Made by a program: the position numbers and the translations under genes. Below the pieces are notes generated by a model. It had not been told where the DNA came from, did not search any database, and saw only the letters and a list, made by a program, of their open reading frames with translations. Positions 51,401-56,055 of a stretch of DNA of 56,055 bases are shown here, in pieces. The stretch is from NCBI GenBank assembly GCA_012026655.1, contig JAAILG010002295.1, positions 1-56,055 of the forward strand. The letters are read 5' to 3'. Numbering within the stretch: the first letter of the stretch is position 1; each line of letters starts with the position of its first letter. The stretch is from Hydrolagus affinis. Its lineage: Eukaryota.

Positions 51401-52734
51401 TGCACCAACCAGACTCTGTGAGCTTGGTGAAGTTTTTTTTCCAGCAACTTAGCATTGTGAAAATGCTATGGTTAATGATGTACTTGTTGGTTATTTTGTT
51501 ATGTATTTTTCTGTATAGGCTGCAGAGAAGCTTGGTGAGACAGACAAACTATGTCTAATGATAGAAGGACTTAATGGGTTGGAAAAAATTGAAGCTCTTC
51601 AGTCCCATGAAAATGATGCTGTATACAGAACTGCGCTAAATCTCATTGAAAAATACTTTGTTGAAGCGGTAAGCCGAGAACACTAACTTTGGCAAATACT
51701 ATTGAAGGATTATGTTGCAATTCCTTCCTTGTAATTTTTTTCCCTCTTAACTTACAAAAACTAGGATTAGTTCCCAGTTTTTGGTAGGCAGTCTGCAGAG
51801 AAGGCAATATGTGGTCTGATAGTTTCAATAATCCTTCACATTCATCCACCAGGAATAAGTTGGGACTGCTTCTGTCAGTCTGTATAAATCAAAAATGCAA
51901 TGGCTCCAGTATAGGGGCTTGGAAACTAAATTCAAATGTCTATTATAGGTTCTGTTGCAAAACCTACTGAGCTATTACAAGGAAAATCAATGCGAGTTGC
52001 TGCCTGACTTGCAAAAAGTAATGGAAAATTGGATTTTTATAATGTTTTGTGTTGAACATCAGTGCTTCACAGACAATTACTGTGAAGTGTAGTAATAGTT
52101 TGTTAGCCAAATTTAAAGGCTGTTTCCTCCAAGTATCCCACAAACAGCCATGAAGTGACTGACTAATCTTAGTTTGAAGGTTTGCTGGCCAGGATTTCCG
52201 AGACTGCTTTGTCTTTCAAACAGTCTAAAATCCCCTAGAACATCATATCAGGCTATGATGCAAATACAGTATTTATTCCAATAGGTAGTACATGAAACTA
52301 CCAATGTAGCTTTTCAGGACTTTATGTTGGATTTTCCTGACTAAGTATGCTTCAATCTTAATTATCCACCATAATAGAATAGCCATATTGAAAAATATTA
52401 ATCAATAAACTTGCATTGCAGAAGTTTAAACTATTAGATTGAAGGTAGCTACTTACCTTTCAGAGAAAAATGGTAGTTGTTAGGGCTTGCCCATAGATTC
52501 TAATGTACTGTACATACTTTATTGCTTCCCTGACTTTTCATGGGGGTTAGCGAGCAGGTGAGAATGGATGACTGATGATCCACCTGAACTCAATCCAAAA
52601 CATTGCAGCAAAACTAAGAATGCCTGTCATTCCTCCCTTTATAGGACGAAGATGTTATAAACATTCAGACTGAAACAACAAACGAAGAATTTATATTCCC
52701 GATGAATTCTCAGCAAGATGAGTTTAACTTCTGA
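45478..52734 (+). CDS. KPNA7: Karyopherin alpha 7 (importin alpha-8; KPNA2/alpha-1 subfamily), 515 aa, intact
   Basis: Exons 45478-45543, 46600-46722, 47358-47443, 48174-48442, 48573-48655, 49241-49504, 49951-50184, 51181-51363, 51519-51668 and 52645-52734 total 1548 nt in frame. IBB domain (FKNKG...[26 protein letters not shown]) and ARM repeats ([46 protein letters not shown]). Its position between MYH16 and SMURF1 favours KPNA7 over KPNA2. Confidence 0.88.
46415..46592 (+). mobile_element. 5'-truncated SINE abutting a KPNA7 splice acceptor
   Basis: Core plus tail GCGCTATATCAAATGCAAGGATTATTATTATT, ending 7 nt before the exon start at 46600. Confidence 0.85.
50988..51112 (+). mobile_element. 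Penelope-like repeat remnant with a degenerate minimal hammerhead motif
   Basis: CTGACAA-AGAGTC-GTG-GACCC-GAAAC-GTT, followed by CTCCATAGATG..CCTGACCTGCTGA..TTCCCAGC. Confidence 0.45.
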
Positions 52735-52849
52735 GCTAGTGGACTCTTAAAGATGTGCAGTGCTGTACTTCCGTGCAATATTACTACTCCAAAGGAGATA
52801 TTTGTTAACTTGTATTTAATCAGTTTTGGAGGTGCTTGTGTAAGTGGGG

Positions 52850-52855
52850 AATAAA
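52850..52855 (+). other. KPNA7 polyadenylation signal
   Basis: AATAAA 116 nt after the stop codon, followed by T/GT-rich sequence. Confidence 0.55.
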
Positions 52856-55089
52856 TTTTTTTTTGCAGAATGTTTGATGTGTACATTTGAGTTTTGCCAA
52901 ACCGGAATGTGCCTCTGCCCACCATCTCTTTACAATTGGCTGATAGAGCTATTAGAAGCTATCCTTTTACAACACCCAAGATTATAATCAATAATATTAT
53001 ACAATAAGATCAATTTATTAAGATTATGCTTAATATGATGCTTCCCACATATACAGCATATGGGCATTCTAATTCGGAGACTTAAATGCTCCAATCCTTT
53101 ATAAACGATTCCCATCTATAGTTGTTTTAGTGAAGCTAATGTGATGCTTGTAAAATGTTAGCTGCCTATTTGATTTGGCGGAATTGACTAAAAACGAATC
53201 TGATTTTTATTTTGCCACTAGTGTGGTAATGTGGGTAATAATTCTACCAGATGCTCAAAATACCATGAACCACATCAAAGTTAAGTTTCAATATAAGGTT
53301 ACTTCCAGCAAATTCCATGGTTTTCCGTGTGATGAGTGAGCTTTGAACAAACCAACAACAAAATTACACTTGTATAACACCTTTCACGTCAAGACCCCCA
53401 AAGCACTGGACCACAACAGAATTCAAGGGTTGATAACGAGTAACAATGTTTTACAGTAAACTTGGCAGACACCCAAGATTGTTCTGCTCTGCCTGGTACA
53501 CTGTGGAAAATAGTCCTGTCTCCCATCAAGATGTCAATTTGAGGCGATCAAAATACACTTGTGGAGCCACTGCATTGCAGGGGGGGGGTGTGATTCTCGC
53601 CTTGCCATGCTTAGTTGTTGCCAAAATTGAGCAACAAACTTCCTTGCTGGAAAACTTGGCTGTCCTTTGCAGATCTATGTGGTATGGTTAAAAATGTATT
53701 ACATTTGTATGCAGCTGAACTGGTGAATATTATCTGTCATTCTTCTGCAAAGGACTTGAAAGGCTGGGATTTTGAATCTGGCTCTGGAGCATGGAGGCAT
53801 TGGAGCCATCAGAGAATGTCAGAGGATCAATTGACAGCAATTCAAGAAGCGATGGATTGGCATGTTCAGCCGAATAACATTTGTTTATTGGAACCTAAGC
53901 TAGAAACTCTGTCTGTGCACAGTTAGCCAACTTTAGGATAATTTGAATACATTCACTTTCATTAATGTGTAAAGCACTTCATTCAGCATGTGTTTTTTTA
54001 CGTTGACTATACAGGTTGTAACTTTATAATCTTGTGCTACAGGGCTGATGTCTGTGTCGCATATTATTTGCAACATACTTTACATACAGATGAACGTACA
54101 TCAGACAGCAACGTCCAAAGATTAAAACAGTGCAAGTCTTTGTTACCGGCATAAATGCTGACCTAATGGTTGAATGGGACCTCAGTGAAAGCACAAGTGA
54201 TCTGAACATCACAGTAGGTTGGCTGACATTGACTTGTAATGCCCCCACTGAAGTGCTTCGCTAAGTGGTGCGCGTTAGGATATTAAACTGGTATGTTGGA
54301 GTGGTTTATAAACGATGAACAAGTGCGTCTTTCAAGTGATTCCTTTTTTATATTTTAAAAGAAAAATGCCTCTCCACGCTGAAGATGTGGGGATGCGAGA
54401 GAGCCAAATGCCTTGTTACTGATCATCGCATGATCCTCATCGTAATGATCCTCACTTGGGCAGGTGTAAGGCTGGCGATACATCAGTCAGACGGCATTAA
54501 GCAAAAACTTCACGTTCACTGTTTAGTTTTATTGTTAAATGTCATCTCTCCCTAGAGGCTAAATTAGTGTTGTAACCTCTCCCCTTGTGTGTGTGTCTGT
54601 GAGTATCTTTTTTTGGAAATATAGATTTCCAATATATAACTATACAACATTCACTTCGATCTTTCCAGTTGCACTTCAATACAAATGTCATTTTGTTGTG
54701 GTTTCAATGGATGACCTGCATAGAAAAGTCAACCCCAAGCAAGAGAACAGTAGCCCAATATTAGTCAGTAGAGTGGCCAACTTAGCCTCAGTGAGCTTTG
54801 AAACCAAGAGGTCTTCAAAGGGAGGACAGGGGGTTTAAATTAATTAGACATATGTACACATATATATATTTAGCCTACTCGCCCACAAGCGTCTTATTTA
54901 CTTTTGTCTCGAAAACAAATTTTAGTTTCCCCAAAAACACTTTTTTTTCTTCTCGCCTCCAAACAATCTGTCAACATTGTGTGGTCGGGGGGTGGGTGGG
55001 GGGAAGAGAGAGAGAGAGAAATTGGAAGCTTTTCTGAGGGGGAGGGTTTTGTTTGACGCCTTTATGACAGAAACACAAACCTTTCTGAG

Positions 55090-55460
55090 GGCAGTGTGTG
55101 GCCGCGGCTGCGCCTGGACGCCCCTCCTTCCCTTGAGGCCGGGCGAGTGGCGGTTGGGCGCGAGCGGCTGAGTGGCGGATGGGCGCGAGTAGGCGGGAAC
55201 TGCCGCCATTGTCGACGTCTCGCGGGGCGTTGCGTGCGCGGGGAGGCGGAAGCGCGTTGACGTCAGCGAGCGTGCGCCGCCGCATCGACGTCTCCCGGAG
55301 CACGCACGCACGCTGGGTGGGGGAGGGGGCGTTGGGTACAGCGTGTTGACGTCAGTGAGCGGGTGCCGCCGGCCGCCGCCGCCGCTCGGTCTCGTGCAGT
55401 CAGTCAGTCAGTCAGTGGCTCCGGGCGTTCGGTCCTGTTGTTGGGCCCGAGAGCCGTTAC
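55090..55460 (+). promoter_or_regulatory. SMURF1: CpG-island promoter of SMURF1 with two full CRE sites
   Basis: High CpG density. TGACGTCA at 55258-55265 and 55347-55354. YY1-like GCCGCCATT at 55202-55210. Confidence 0.75.
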
Positions 55461-55819
55461 CTCTCTTTTCCCCCCTCCCTTCCCCCCTTCCTCCCCACCT
55501 CCTCTCCCCCCACCTCCTCTCCCCCCCCTCCCCCGTTACCCTTTCTGTCTGTGTGTGTGTGTCTCTCTCCTTTCCCCTCCCCCCCCCCACCAACCCTCCC
55601 CCTCAACAACGACGACGACGAGAAGAGAGAAAAAAACACTTCATTTTTTTTTATTCCCACAATTTCCGTTTATTTATAGACTCTCACAGACAGACAGGGA
55701 CACACAGAGAGAGACACTCAGACACACATTTTTTTAAAAAAATCCACCTCCTAAGTGCACAACAACAACAACAGCCACGGTGACGAACCGTCGCGTAACA
55801 ACAGGGAATTTTATAAGTA

Positions 55820-55874
55820 ATGTCGAATCCCGGCGCTCGACGGAACGGGTCAAGCATTAAAATCCGGCTAACAG
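55820..55874 (+). CDS. SMURF1: SMURF1 HECT E3 ubiquitin ligase, first coding exon (gene continues beyond the right edge)
   Basis: ATG at 55820 encodes MSNPGARRNGSSIKIRLT, then G|GTAAAG donor. This matches the SMURF1 N-terminus (MSNPGTRRNGSSIKIRLT), and the synteny with KPNA7/MYH16 fits. Confidence 0.92.
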
Positions 55875-56055
55875 GTAAAGTTCAGTTTAAATATCTCTCT
55901 CATTGTCCTTCCCTCACTCTCCCTCCCTCTCTCTCTCCCTCCCTCTATCTCCCTCACTCTCTTCCCCCCCTTCACTTCCTCTCACCCACTCACTCTCCCT
56001 CCCTCTCTCTCCCTCCCTCACTCTCTCTCCCCCTTTCACTCCCTCTCACCCACTC

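Noticed and set aside
45478-52734. Assignment as KPNA2
   Set aside because: Same subfamily, but the 22-codon first coding exon and the position between MYH16 and SMURF1 fit KPNA7.
53446-53926. Overlapping 81- and 103-aa ORFs between KPNA7 and SMURF1 (similarly 45931-46128)
   Set aside because: No recognisable domain, splice structure or promoter. Could be decayed repeat sequence; cannot be supported.
54922-55783. Long ORFs in the GC-rich region
   Set aside because: Stop-poor CpG island and low-complexity 5' UTR of SMURF1.

Overview
Vertebrate genomic DNA, most likely a cartilaginous fish and plausibly a chimaera/holocephalan. That is an inference from the tRNA-headed Deu-type SINE, CR1 and L2 repeat content. 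The window holds the MYH16-KPNA7-SMURF1 synteny block, in the same relative orientation as human 7q22. There are two tandem MYH16 (superfast/masticatory myosin heavy chain) copies on the minus strand. Copy A (5' end only, 523-4400) runs off the left edge. Copy B (11588-38290) is complete, with 43 coding exons and canonical GT-AG sites, but carries two disabling lesions: a 17-nt frameshifting deletion in a motor-domain exon (29951-30052) and a CAG>TAG nonsense codon in the rod (15622-15624). It therefore looks like a young MYH16 pseudogene. One exon plus 19 nt of flanking intron is nearly identical between the copies, suggesting gene conversion. Both promoters share a CArG / GTTTCTTGGGA / CCAAT / TATA module. 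A third, inverted copy of that module sits between the genes (7369-7545) and points at a strong splice acceptor, a 36-codon hydrophobic ORF and an AATAAA, making a candidate unannotated muscle micropeptide or lncRNA gene. KPNA7 (+, 515 aa, intact) and the CpG-island first exon of SMURF1 follow. All exon coordinates were read by hand; no database searches were run.
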